Source: an uncultured delta proteobacterium
GTDB lineage: Bacteria > Myxococcota_A > UBA9160 > UBA6930
Length of the DNA stretch: 64,000 nucleotides
Reading direction: 5' to 3'
Assembly: GCA_963766175.1 (NCBI GenBank)
Contig: CAVXZE010000002.1
Location: 204,480-268,479, forward strand
Shown here: positions 10,440 through 18,807 of the stretch, in pieces
How positions within the stretch are numbered: the stretch's first letter is position 1
Layout of the letters: every line of letters starts with the position of its first letter
Program-made: the position numbers and the translations under genes
The notes under the pieces: generated by a model
Database searches by the model: none
What the model saw: the letters and a program-made list of their open reading frames with translations, nothing else
What the model was told of the DNA's origin: nothing

Positions 10440-11108
10440 CTAGTAGTTGACACCCCAGTAGGCGGGAAGCTCGCCCTTCCCCTTCAGCCCGCCGACGACC
10501 TGCTTGAAGAGCTTCTGGTCGTCCTTGGAGAGCCAATAGAGAGCCTTGGGATTGCAGCTGGCCTTCCAGCTGGCGGTTTCGGGAAGGCCGTCCCGGTTCT
10601 TGTCCTTGGTGGTGATGCTGCCGTTGCATCCCGTGATGGGCAGCGCCGGGGCCCCGATCCACTGCATCGGGTAGCTGTAGGGAAAAGCTCCGAAGTAGGT
10701 ATAGAGCGAGGTGACCGGCGAATAGCTGGGAGCACCGGTGGAGAAGCCTCCACCTGGACTCGAGAGCCAGAAAGCGAACTGCGCGAAGTCGGACTGCTTC
10801 ATCTGCCAGCTGCCCGCACCCTGGCGCTTGATGTCATCGGCCTCGTAGAGATCGAACACGATGAGTCCCGAGTTACCATTCTTGGTAAGGCCCCAGTGGT
10901 ATCCATTGAAACGCGGGTACAGCGTGCCGGAACCGCCGTTCATGGCCGCCACGACGACCGAGAAGCCGCTCTTCGTGGAGTTTGTGAAGACGGCGTTCAC
11001 CACGTCCGCGAGCTCCGGATTGTCGAAGGGCTGGGCCCGGACGTTCCCGCCGATCATCAAGAGGGCAGTCGCCACCGTCACCGCCAGTGCCACTCGCGCG
11101 CGTCCCAC
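10440..11108 (-). CDS. Secreted protein of unknown function (aromatic/Asn/Lys-rich)
   Basis: 222 aa. Signal peptide MGRARVALAVTVATALLMIGGNVRA/QPF. A strong GGGGGAGGAG ribosome-binding site lies 6 nt upstream of the GTG start. I recognise no motif. A hand count on a 100-nt sample gave about 60% GC, below the neighbouring genes. Confidence 0.5.
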   Translation of the reverse strand: MGRARVALAVTVATALLMIGGNVRAQPFDNPELADVVNAVFTNSTKSGFSVVVAAMNGGSGTLYPRFNGYHWGLTKNGNSGLIVFDLYEADDIKRQGAGSWQMKQSDFAQFAFWLSSPGGGFSTGAPSYSPVTSLYTYFGAFPYSYPMQWIGAPALPITGCNGSITTKDKNRDGLPETASWKASCNPKALYWLSKDDQKLFKQVVGGLKGKGELPAYWGVNY

Positions 11109-11167
11109 GCCGTACTCCTCCCCCTGGCTACCTCTCTCGATACCCTAGCTTCGCGCCGAGTGATCGG

Positions 11168-13627
11168 TCAACGAGTTTCCCGCCGCGGCACTGGCGATCG
11201 CTCTTGCGCTCCGGCGCGGATGGCGCGCTCGGAATGCTCGCCGGCGCGAGGGTCGCCCCGCCCGGCGTAGATTCGCGCCAGGTGGAAATGAGCCTTGGCG
11301 TAGTCGGGCCGCAGCTCGACCGCCCGAAGCAGGTGGTCCTCGGCCTCCGGATCCCTCTCCGTGGCGAGCTCGACCAGTGCCAGGTTCAGGTAGGTTTCGG
11401 GAAGCGTGGTATCGATGGAGAGCGCCCGGCGATAGTCGGCCTCGGCTTCGGCGAGCCGATGCGAGCGGTGATGGACCAGGCCGCGCTCGACGAAGAAGGC
11501 GGGGTCGCTCGCATCGATCGAGATCAGCATCTCAGACTGGGCGAGCGCCTCGTCCAGCCTGCCGAGCCTCCGGTAGATCTTCGCCAGGGCAAAGCGGGAT
11601 GCCTGAGCGGTGGGGCGCTCCGCCAGGACCGATTCGTGAAGGGCCGCGGCCCGATCGAGGTCGCCGTCTTCCAGCAGGATCTCCGCGAGCAGCGCCCGAT
11701 GTTGCAGTGGCGGGCGCTCCGCGGCCTCGAGAGCCTCCGCAGCCTCGGACCGCCGGTTCTCCGAGAGCAGCAGCCCGGCCAGCAGGAGCCGCGTCTCGAC
11801 CAGGCGCTCCGCCTGGGGGGCCTCGGCCAGGGCCTGGCGCAGGCGCGGGATCTCCGGCGCGGGTCCGGTCTGGACCGCTCGGATGCGCGAGGCGAGGGCC
11901 AGGGCGGCGTCGTGGTGGGGCTCCTCTTCGAGCAGGGCCCGCGCGGCGTCGGCCGCCTCCTCGAACCGACCCAGGCGAAACAGGATCCGGGCCCGCATCA
12001 CCCGAGACGAGAGACGGGCGACCGGTTTCTCTCCGGCCATCTGCTCCAGGAGACCCAAGGCTTCGTCGAGCCTGCCCGCCGCGAAGAGCGCTCCAATCAG
12101 ACCGGACCTCGCCTCGTCGGTGCCACTCTCCTCGAACAGCGTGCGCCGGAGACCGATCGCCTCGTCGAATCGGCCGAGCTCCTGGTAGAGGGCGGCCAGA
12201 TGGCGCGCCGCAAGGCTGCCGACGGTGCGGCTCTCGCGAAGGATCTCGAGGGCCATGACGGCATCGCTCACACGGCCGGCAATGGCGAGACCGCGGGCCT
12301 GCTCGACCAGTGTGAACGCGCCGACCACACGGCGAGGATCCGGTCGCTCGTCGGCCTCGAAGTGCTGCGGCTGGCTCACGTAGCCGAGGGCCGCGAGCTG
12401 CTCCGCGAGCTCGGGAGAGAGCTCTGCAGAAGGCGCGGCCGGCGTCTCGCCGCCCGTCAGCGCGCCGTGGAGACGCTCCATCCGCGCCACCGTCTCGGGA
12501 AGCTCGTCGGCGCGGTTGCGCAGCTCCCCCGGATCCTCGCGGACCTCGTAGAGCTCTACGGGCTTCGGCTCTGCCGTGTACTTGAAGCGCGAGGTGCGAA
12601 TCCCTTCGATGGGCTGCCAGCCGAGCCCAAAGGAGGGACCGTGGCTCTCGAAGTAGCCGACGACCTCCTGCGCATCGTCGCCGGCGAGGCGTTCCTGGAG
12701 GGGTATGCCGGAGCTGGCGGCCAGGGCCGGCTCGCCTACAGCCGCCAGGATCGTCGGCGCCACGTCGATCGTGCGCGCGAGGGAGCTGGACCGGATTCCG
12801 GCCGGGAAGCCTGGACCGGCTGCAATGAGCGGAACGTGCAGCGTCGAGTCGTAGGCGAGCAGTCCGTGGGTGAACTCACCGTGCTGGCCGAGGCTCTCAC
12901 CGTGATCGCCCACCACCACGGTCAGCGTCTCGCGCTCCGCTGCAGCCCTGCGCACGCCTTCCAGCAGCCGCCCCAGCTGTGCGTCCACGTAGGCGAGCTC
13001 CCCCGCGTAGGGATCCCCGATCTCCTCGAAGGGAGGGGGGGGGCGCCGCGGCGTATGGACATCGTAGTAGTGGACCCAGAGGAAGAATGGTCGGCTGCGC
13101 TCCCGATCCAGCCAGGCGAGGGCGAGGTCCGTCACCACTGCCCCACGCCGGCTCGGTACGGCGAGCTGGAGGGGGTTTCGGGAGAGCGTGACGCCGTCGT
13201 CGTAGAGGTGGAAGCCGCGATCGAGACCGAAGGAGGAATCGAGCACCGCCGCGGCCACGAAGGCCGCGGTGTCGTAGCCGCGGGCGGCGAGACGCTCGGG
13301 GAGCGTCTCCAGGGACTCCGGGACCAGGAAGCGGTTGTTGTCGTGAACCCCGTGGAGATTCGGATCGACCCCGCTCAGGATGGTGGTGTGAGACGGCAGA
13401 GTGAGGGAAACGCTCGCGTAGGCCTGCTCGAAGAGGACGCCACTCGCCGCCAGGGAATCGAGAACCGGTGTGCGGGCCGTCTCGTCCCCCATGACGCCCA
13501 GCCGATCGGCGCGGGTGGTGTCGAGGGTGACGAGCAGGAGGTTGGGATCGCCGGGAAGCTCGGCCCGGCCGCACGCCCAGGACGCGAAGGCGGCCAGAAT
13601 ACACGGCGCGATCCACCGACGATTCAT
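11168..13627 (-). CDS. Alkaline-phosphatase-superfamily (sulfatase/NPP-like) hydrolase fused to C-terminal TPR repeats, paralog 1
   Basis: 819 aa from ATG 13627 (MNRRWIAPCILAAFASWAC...). The N-terminal core LLLVTLDTTRADRLG...LTLPSHTTILSGVDPNLHGV resembles sulfatase/phosphodiesterase folds. The C-terminal ~400 aa is TPR-like (LGRFDEA, YRRLGRLDEA, ...AKAHFHLARIY). Confidence 0.75.
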   Translation of the reverse strand: MNRRWIAPCILAAFASWACGRAELPGDPNLLLVTLDTTRADRLGVMGDETARTPVLDSLAASGVLFEQAYASVSLTLPSHTTILSGVDPNLHGVHDNNRFLVPESLETLPERLAARGYDTAAFVAAAVLDSSFGLDRGFHLYDDGVTLSRNPLQLAVPSRRGAVVTDLALAWLDRERSRPFFLWVHYYDVHTPRRPPPPFEEIGDPYAGELAYVDAQLGRLLEGVRRAAAERETLTVVVGDHGESLGQHGEFTHGLLAYDSTLHVPLIAAGPGFPAGIRSSSLARTIDVAPTILAAVGEPALAASSGIPLQERLAGDDAQEVVGYFESHGPSFGLGWQPIEGIRTSRFKYTAEPKPVELYEVREDPGELRNRADELPETVARMERLHGALTGGETPAAPSAELSPELAEQLAALGYVSQPQHFEADERPDPRRVVGAFTLVEQARGLAIAGRVSDAVMALEILRESRTVGSLAARHLAALYQELGRFDEAIGLRRTLFEESGTDEARSGLIGALFAAGRLDEALGLLEQMAGEKPVARLSSRVMRARILFRLGRFEEAADAARALLEEEPHHDAALALASRIRAVQTGPAPEIPRLRQALAEAPQAERLVETRLLLAGLLLSENRRSEAAEALEAAERPPLQHRALLAEILLEDGDLDRAAALHESVLAERPTAQASRFALAKIYRRLGRLDEALAQSEMLISIDASDPAFFVERGLVHHRSHRLAEAEADYRRALSIDTTLPETYLNLALVELATERDPEAEDHLLRAVELRPDYAKAHFHLARIYAGRGDPRAGEHSERAIRAGAQERSPVPRRETR

Positions 13628-13646
13628 GGCAGCTTCCCGCGGCGGC

Positions 13647-15896
13647 TCACCTCTCGACCTCCGTCTCGCTCTCCGCTCCGCCCGGGCCGTCGAGCGATTC
13701 CAGGGTGCGCCGGGCGCGGCCCGCCCAGGCGGCGCCGGGATGTCCCTGCAATGCGGTGCGCAGCGCCTCCTCGGCGCCATCCGCATCACCGGCCTGGGCC
13801 AGAATCAGACCGAGACGGGCGCGGTCCTGAAAGCGGCCGGGATCGAGCTCGAGCGCGCGTTCCAGCGCAGCCAGCGCGATCTCGGGATGCCCGAGCTGGT
13901 GGGCGCCCCAGCCGAGGTTGGACTGGATCTGCGGGCTCTCCGCGGATGCGGCGGCTGCGGATTCGAGCAGATCCCGTGCCTCTTCCCCCTGCTCCGGTTG
14001 TCCCCACACGGCCAGGTAGTAGCCGAGCCAGCTCTCGAGCAGCGGATCCTCCGGCGCCTCCGTCAGCAGCGCCCGCAGCTCCTCCTCTCCTTCCTCGAGC
14101 GGAGCCACGTCCACCACCAGGGCAGCGCGCTGGTGGAGTCGCGAGTTCTCACTCCCCGGCATGGAGAAGGCGGCGTCGACGCCAGCGCGGGCCTCTTCGA
14201 CTCGGCCCAGACGCATCAGGGCGCGGGCGCGCAGGAACTCGACGGCCGGGGCACCGGCCGAGAGCGCTTCGAGGCTGTCGAGGGCCCGCTCCGGTGCGCC
14301 ATCGGAAAGCGCCACCCGCGCCAGGGCGAGGTGAGCTTCCCGGGAGCCGGTCAGCTCGATGTACTCGCGGTAGGCGGCCTCGGCCGCGTCGTACCGCCCC
14401 AGCACCTCGTAGAGAGGCGCCAGGGTGCGAAGCACCACGGTCTTCACCGAGCGGCTGTGCTTGAGGGTCTCCAGGGTTTCGATCGCCCTCTCCCAGCTCC
14501 CGGCCTGCGCCAAGGCCCGCGCGCCCTCGATCCAGTACCACACGCTCACCAGCGGCCGGGGGTCGGGCGCCATCCCGACGGGGCGTTTCTTGGGCGCCGC
14601 GACGTAGCCGAGGGCGGCCAGGCGCTCTTCCTCCTCCGGGGCGAGGTTGGCGATCGCGGTGGGGCGCGCCGAGCCAGCGAAAGTCCGCTGGACCTCGCCA
14701 TAGACCTCCTCCATCCGCTGGTGAGCCTCCGGTTCGACGCCGATGCGGTTCTGCAGCTCCCGCGGATCGGCGAGGACGTCGTAGAGCTCCTGGGGCTCAG
14801 GTGAGGCGGTGAACTTCCAGCGACGGGTGCGAACACCTTGGATCTCTGCCCAGCCGAGCTCGAAGTGGGGACCGCGGCTCTCGAAATAGCCGAAGACCGC
14901 GTCGTCGTCCCCGTCGTGCGTTCCCCGGCGCGCCGCCTGGACGAGGTCCCTTCCCGGCAGACCCTCGGGCACCGGAAGCCCGACGAGGCGCAGCACCGTC
15001 GGGACGATGTCCGCGTGACGCGCCAGCACGCCACTGCGCACTCCCCGGGGAACGCCCGGACCTGCGAGAACCAGCGGAACGTGCAAGGTGGCGTCGTAGG
15101 CGAGCACCCCATGGGTGGGCTCGCCGTGCTCGCCGAAGGCCTCGCCGTGATCGGAGGTGAAGACGACGAGCGTGTCGCGCTCTCCGGCGGCGCGCTCGAC
15201 GCCCTCGAGGAGTCGCGCCAGCTGGGCGTCGGCGTAGGCGATCTCCGCGGCATAGGGATCGCGAAGCGCCTCGAAGGACGGCCGCACCTGGTGGGGAAGG
15301 TGTGGATCGTAGTAGTGGGCCCAGAGCAGGAAAGGCCGGGCGAAATCGCGCTTCTCGAGCCAGGCAAGCGCCTCGTCCGTCACCTCCTCGCCGGGGCGGC
15401 TCGGCACGCTGAAATCGAGGAGATCACCCGTGGCAAGAGTGTCGTCGCCGTAGACGTCGAAGCCCTGTTCGAGACGGAACCGCGAGTCGAGAACGAAGGC
15501 CGACACGAAGGCGGCCGTCTCGAAGCCCGCGGCAGCCAGGCGCTCGGCGAGCGTCTCTAGGCTCTCGGGCACCTGGAAGCGCCCGTTGTTATGGACGCCG
15601 TGGGAGAGCGGCGGCACTCCGCTCATGATCGTCGTGTGGGAGGGAAGCGTGAGAGCGACCGCCGCGTAGGCGTGATCGAAGGCGAGGCCACGGGCGGCGA
15701 GGCCGTCCACCGTCGGCGTTCTCGCGCTGGAATCCCCGGTGAACCCGAGGCGGTCGTAGCGCGTGGTGTCGAAGGTCACGATCACCACGTGGGGAGGCGG
15801 GGCGGCGCCGCAGGCGCCGAGCAGGAGAGCCAGAACCCCCAGACTCCCGGACGCGCGGGCGATGATGGATGCCCCGCCAGGTCCGCTTCGGGTCAC
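13647..15896 (-). CDS. Alkaline-phosphatase-superfamily (sulfatase/NPP-like) hydrolase fused to C-terminal TPR repeats, paralog 2 (lipoprotein-like)
   Basis: 749 aa from GTG 15896, which overlaps the upstream stop (GTGA). Signal ...SLGVLALLLGAC. Core VVIVTFDTTRYDRLG...LTLPSHTTIMSGVPPLSHGV is collinear with paralog 1, followed by a TPR tail. The 964-aa track ORF is an over-extension. Confidence 0.75.
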   Translation of the reverse strand: MTRSGPGGASIIARASGSLGVLALLLGACGAAPPPHVVIVTFDTTRYDRLGFTGDSSARTPTVDGLAARGLAFDHAYAAVALTLPSHTTIMSGVPPLSHGVHNNGRFQVPESLETLAERLAAAGFETAAFVSAFVLDSRFRLEQGFDVYGDDTLATGDLLDFSVPSRPGEEVTDEALAWLEKRDFARPFLLWAHYYDPHLPHQVRPSFEALRDPYAAEIAYADAQLARLLEGVERAAGERDTLVVFTSDHGEAFGEHGEPTHGVLAYDATLHVPLVLAGPGVPRGVRSGVLARHADIVPTVLRLVGLPVPEGLPGRDLVQAARRGTHDGDDDAVFGYFESRGPHFELGWAEIQGVRTRRWKFTASPEPQELYDVLADPRELQNRIGVEPEAHQRMEEVYGEVQRTFAGSARPTAIANLAPEEEERLAALGYVAAPKKRPVGMAPDPRPLVSVWYWIEGARALAQAGSWERAIETLETLKHSRSVKTVVLRTLAPLYEVLGRYDAAEAAYREYIELTGSREAHLALARVALSDGAPERALDSLEALSAGAPAVEFLRARALMRLGRVEEARAGVDAAFSMPGSENSRLHQRAALVVDVAPLEEGEEELRALLTEAPEDPLLESWLGYYLAVWGQPEQGEEARDLLESAAAASAESPQIQSNLGWGAHQLGHPEIALAALERALELDPGRFQDRARLGLILAQAGDADGAEEALRTALQGHPGAAWAGRARRTLESLDGPGGAESETEVER

Positions 15897-16771
15897 CCGA
15901 AGATCCGCTCCGGATCCGCCGGGTCCAACACGAAGACGCAGCCGGTGGGGGTGGCGAGAATCCGACGCAGGACTGCGGCGTCGAGGGGCTCGCTGGCTCG
16001 GTAGGCCTTCTCGATCGAGGCGACGCGGGCCGAAGCGCCGGCGCCGAGCAGAAAGCCGTCCGTGTCGCGGTGGACCTGGCGCAGCTCGCCTTCCAGATCG
16101 ACGCGCGCCAGCTCCCCTCTGGCGTCGGCGAGCAGAATGGACGCGTTCCCTCCGGCCGGCCGTCGCTCGCACCACTCGAGCGCCTTGTCGACGCCATCGA
16201 AGCGCTGGAGACAGTCCTGCACCAGGAGCGCCGCCGGTGCGGCGCAGGTGGAGAGCGACCCAGAGGAGGACGCCACCCCGCTCGCCGCAACCGCAAGGCC
16301 GTGCTGGTTCACGCCGGCGAGAGCGGGAACCCGCCACGGAACCCCGATCTCGAGGGAGTGGTAGCCGTTCTCGGGCTGACTGCGGCGCACGAAGAGCGGC
16401 GCTTCTCGCTCGGTGGAGAGCGCGATCCAGACACCCGAGCCGGAACCTTCGGCTCGAACACCCACCACCATCTCCCATCCCCCGCGGTGCTCGTCTGCCA
16501 GCAACGCCGCCAGGTCTGCGCTCGAAACCCGCGCCCCGCACGCGATCCCTTCGGCGCGTTCGGCCATGTGTGGATAGAAGCGAGCCGCGTCGCGCGCGAC
16601 TCGAGAGGCCTCCGGGCCGCAGCCCACCAGCGACGAAAGCAGGCGGCGGTTCCCCTTCCCTCGCAGGCGGCGCTCGACTTCCGCGCGGATCACCTCCCGA
16701 AAGTGCAAGCCCTGGCCGAGACCGAGATCGCGAGGAGCCCCGCTGCAGACCAGGGCGGGCCGCGGGCTCAT
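15893..16771 (-). CDS. Putative C45-family (isopenicillin-N N-acyltransferase-like) Ntn-fold protein
   Basis: 292 aa. Weak resemblance by eye (GLGQGLHFRE..., ...LAGVNQHGLAVAASGV...). I could not locate the expected nucleophile Cys. The gene overlaps both neighbours by 4 nt. Confidence 0.4.
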   Translation of the reverse strand: MSPRPALVCSGAPRDLGLGQGLHFREVIRAEVERRLRGKGNRRLLSSLVGCGPEASRVARDAARFYPHMAERAEGIACGARVSSADLAALLADEHRGGWEMVVGVRAEGSGSGVWIALSTEREAPLFVRRSQPENGYHSLEIGVPWRVPALAGVNQHGLAVAASGVASSSGSLSTCAAPAALLVQDCLQRFDGVDKALEWCERRPAGGNASILLADARGELARVDLEGELRQVHRDTDGFLLGAGASARVASIEKAYRASEPLDAAVLRRILATPTGCVFVLDPADPERIFG

Positions 16772-17610
16772 TCGTCCGGCTTTCGCACCGGCCAGAGCAC
16801 CTCGTTCAGGGCTCCGGTTCGGTAGCCCTCGAGATCGAGCGAAACGAAGCGAAAGCCCAGGGGCTTGATCGCCGCCACGATCGCCTTCGCCATCGCCGGA
16901 TCGAGCGCCCGGGGAAGCTCCGACGGCTCGATCTCCACCCGCGCAATCTCCATGTGGTGGCGGAGCCGGACCTGACGAAAGCCGAGACCCCGCAGTCGTT
17001 CCTCTCCCTCCTCCACCTGCCGGAGGCGTTCCGGTGTGACCTCCGTTCCGTAGGGAAGGCGTGACGCCAGACAGGCCGAAGCCGGCAGGTCGGCGGTGGG
17101 CAGACCCGCCGCGCGGGAGAGCGCGCGAATCTCCGCCTTGGACAGCTCGACCTCCATCAGCGGGGCCAGCACGCTGTGCTCCTCTGCCGCCCGATGGCCG
17201 GGCCGGAAATCGTGGCGGTCATCGGCGTTCAGACCGTAGGCGACCGAGTCGAAGCCGATCTCCTCCCGCAACCGGCCGAGCACGTCGAACAACTCGGTCT
17301 TGCAGAAGTAGCAGCGGTCCGACTGATTGGCCCGATATCCCTCCCGCTCCATCTCTGCGGTGTTCACGTAGCGGTGACGGATTCCGATCTGCTCCACCAC
17401 CCGGTCGGCCATCTTGCGATGGTTCTCGGGGTAGGAGGGGGAGATCGCGGTCACAGCGAGGGCGTCCTCACCGAGGATTCGGTGAGCCGCCAGCGCCAGG
17501 TAGCTCGAATCCGCGCCGCCGGAGAAGGCCACGATGATGCGGCCGGCCTTCCGCAGCCGGCTCTCGAGGGCGGTCTGTTTTCCTTCGAGTTCCGGGGAGA
17601 TGGGGGACAT
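16768..17610 (-). CDS. larE: LarE-like PP-loop ATP-dependent sulfur transferase (TIGR00268-type)
   Basis: 280 aa from ATG 17610. PP-loop IVAFSGGADSSYL, then DFRPG, the LarE Cys motif ASACLASRLPYGT, VRLRHHMEIARVEI and FRFVSLDLEGYRTG. It carries an additional CYFC pair. Confidence 0.7.
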   Translation of the reverse strand: MSPISPELEGKQTALESRLRKAGRIIVAFSGGADSSYLALAAHRILGEDALAVTAISPSYPENHRKMADRVVEQIGIRHRYVNTAEMEREGYRANQSDRCYFCKTELFDVLGRLREEIGFDSVAYGLNADDRHDFRPGHRAAEEHSVLAPLMEVELSKAEIRALSRAAGLPTADLPASACLASRLPYGTEVTPERLRQVEEGEERLRGLGFRQVRLRHHMEIARVEIEPSELPRALDPAMAKAIVAAIKPLGFRFVSLDLEGYRTGALNEVLWPVRKPDE

Positions 17611-17646
17611 CGATGAAAAGGTACGAGCGGCCCCAGAAGCGGTCAA
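17611..17646 (-). promoter_or_regulatory. Putative sigma70 promoter of the larE-like cluster, leaderless geometry
   Basis: Minus strand reads TTGACC (17646..17641)-N17-TACCTT (17623..17618)-7 nt-ATG (17610). No Shine-Dalgarno sequence. Confidence 0.5.
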
Positions 17647-17702
17647 GCGCGCGGGTGGTGCAATCCGATACTCTGTGGTGGCTCGTGGTGGGGGTGAAGA
17701 GC

Positions 17703-18788
17703 ATGGCAAAGCTCCGCGTGGGGCTCGTCTACGGTGGGCGCTCCGTCGAGCACGAGGTCTCGATCACTTCGGCAACCTCGATCCTCTCGGCGCTGGATCC
17801 GTCCCGCTACGAGGTGACCCTGGTCGCCGTCTCACAGGCTGGCCGCTGGCATCTGGGGGCTCCGGGGATGCTTCCCGAGGCGGTAGCGCGCGGGGATGAG
17901 GTCACCCTGCCGGCGATTCCGGGGGAGAACACCCTGGTCTCCGTCGGCGACGGTACGCCCGCTGCCCGTCTCGACGTGATTCTTCCCATCATCCACGGCA
18001 CCGGCGGCGAAGATGGATCGCTCCAGGGCTTTCTCGAGATGGCCGGAGTCCCCTACGTGGGCGCCGGCGTGCTGGGCTCCGCCATCCAGATGGACAAGGA
18101 CGTGACCAAGCGGCTGCTGGCGGCAGCCGGCCTGCCGGTGGTAGCGGGCGTCCTGGTCCGGGCTGCGGAGCTTCGCGCCGGTGACACGGCCGCGGTCGAG
18201 AGGGTCTTGCGAGAGATCGGACTCCCGGCTTTCGTCAAGCCGGCCTGCCTCGGCTCCTCGGTGGGAATCTCCAAGGTTCGCAACCGCGAGGAGCTGGTGC
18301 GCGGTCTCGATCAGGCCACTCGATACGACACCAAGATCCTGGTGGAGCGCGCGGTGAACGCGCGGGAGATCGAGATCGCGGTGCTGGGCAATGAGGAGCC
18401 CGAGGCGTCGGTGCCCGGCGAGATCATTCCCAAGGCCGAGTTCTACGACTACGAATCGAAGTACGTGGACGAAGCCACCGAGCTGGTGGTCCCCGCGCAG
18501 GTCTCGGAGGAGCAGACCGCCCGGCTACAGCAGCTCGCCTTGGAGGCCTTCCGGGTGCTGGAGGGCTCGGGTATCGCCCGGGTCGACTTCTTCCTGGACC
18601 GCGACAGCGGCGAGATCCTCCTGAACGAGGTAAACAGCCTGCCGGGATTCACGGAGGTCTCCATGTACCCGCGTCTCTGGCAGGCCTCCGGCCTTCCCTA
18701 CCCGGCGCTGCTCGACCGGATGATCGAGCTCGCCTTGGAGCGGCATCGCACCAGCTCCGCCCTGGAGCGCACCTACCGAATCGGTTGA
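17703..18788 (+). CDS. ddl: D-alanine--D-alanine ligase
   Basis: 361 aa from ATG 17703: MAKLRVGLVYGGRSVEHEVSITSA...HGTGGEDGSLQGFLE...EVNSLPGFT. Confidence 0.9.
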   Translation: MAKLRVGLVYGGRSVEHEVSITSATSILSALDPSRYEVTLVAVSQAGRWHLGAPGMLPEAVARGDEVTLPAIPGENTLVSVGDGTPAARLDVILPIIHGTGGEDGSLQGFLEMAGVPYVGAGVLGSAIQMDKDVTKRLLAAAGLPVVAGVLVRAAELRAGDTAAVERVLREIGLPAFVKPACLGSSVGISKVRNREELVRGLDQATRYDTKILVERAVNAREIEIAVLGNEEPEASVPGEIIPKAEFYDYESKYVDEATELVVPAQVSEEQTARLQQLALEAFRVLEGSGIARVDFFLDRDSGEILLNEVNSLPGFTEVSMYPRLWQASGLPYPALLDRMIELALERHRTSSALERTYRIG

Positions 18789-18792
18789 CGGA

Positions 18793-18807
18793 CGGGGACG
18801 TTCCTGC
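18793..18807. repeat. 15-mer cggggacgttcctgc in a convergent-gene spacer (copy 1 of 2)
   Basis: Lies between the ddl stop (18788) and the methyltransferase stop (18808). The identical 15-mer is at 38370..38384 in the same kind of position. Confidence 0.6.

Noticed and set aside
11087-14464. 1125-aa plus-strand ORF, the longest in the track
   Set aside because: It is antisense to the two AP-superfamily-TPR genes. The translation is Arg/Pro/Gly/Ala low-complexity with no motifs. The opposite strand carries clear domain motifs and proper signal peptides. This is a typical shadow ORF of high-GC DNA.
13647-16541. 964-aa minus-strand ORF taken at face value as one protein
   Set aside because: The first ~215 codons are an out-of-frame read-through across the C45-like gene. 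The real gene starts at GTG 15896 with a lipoprotein signal. The same kind of N-terminal over-extension was trimmed for the track ORFs at 22143..25220, 51343..53280, 49955..51544, 3963..5123 and 7007..9274.
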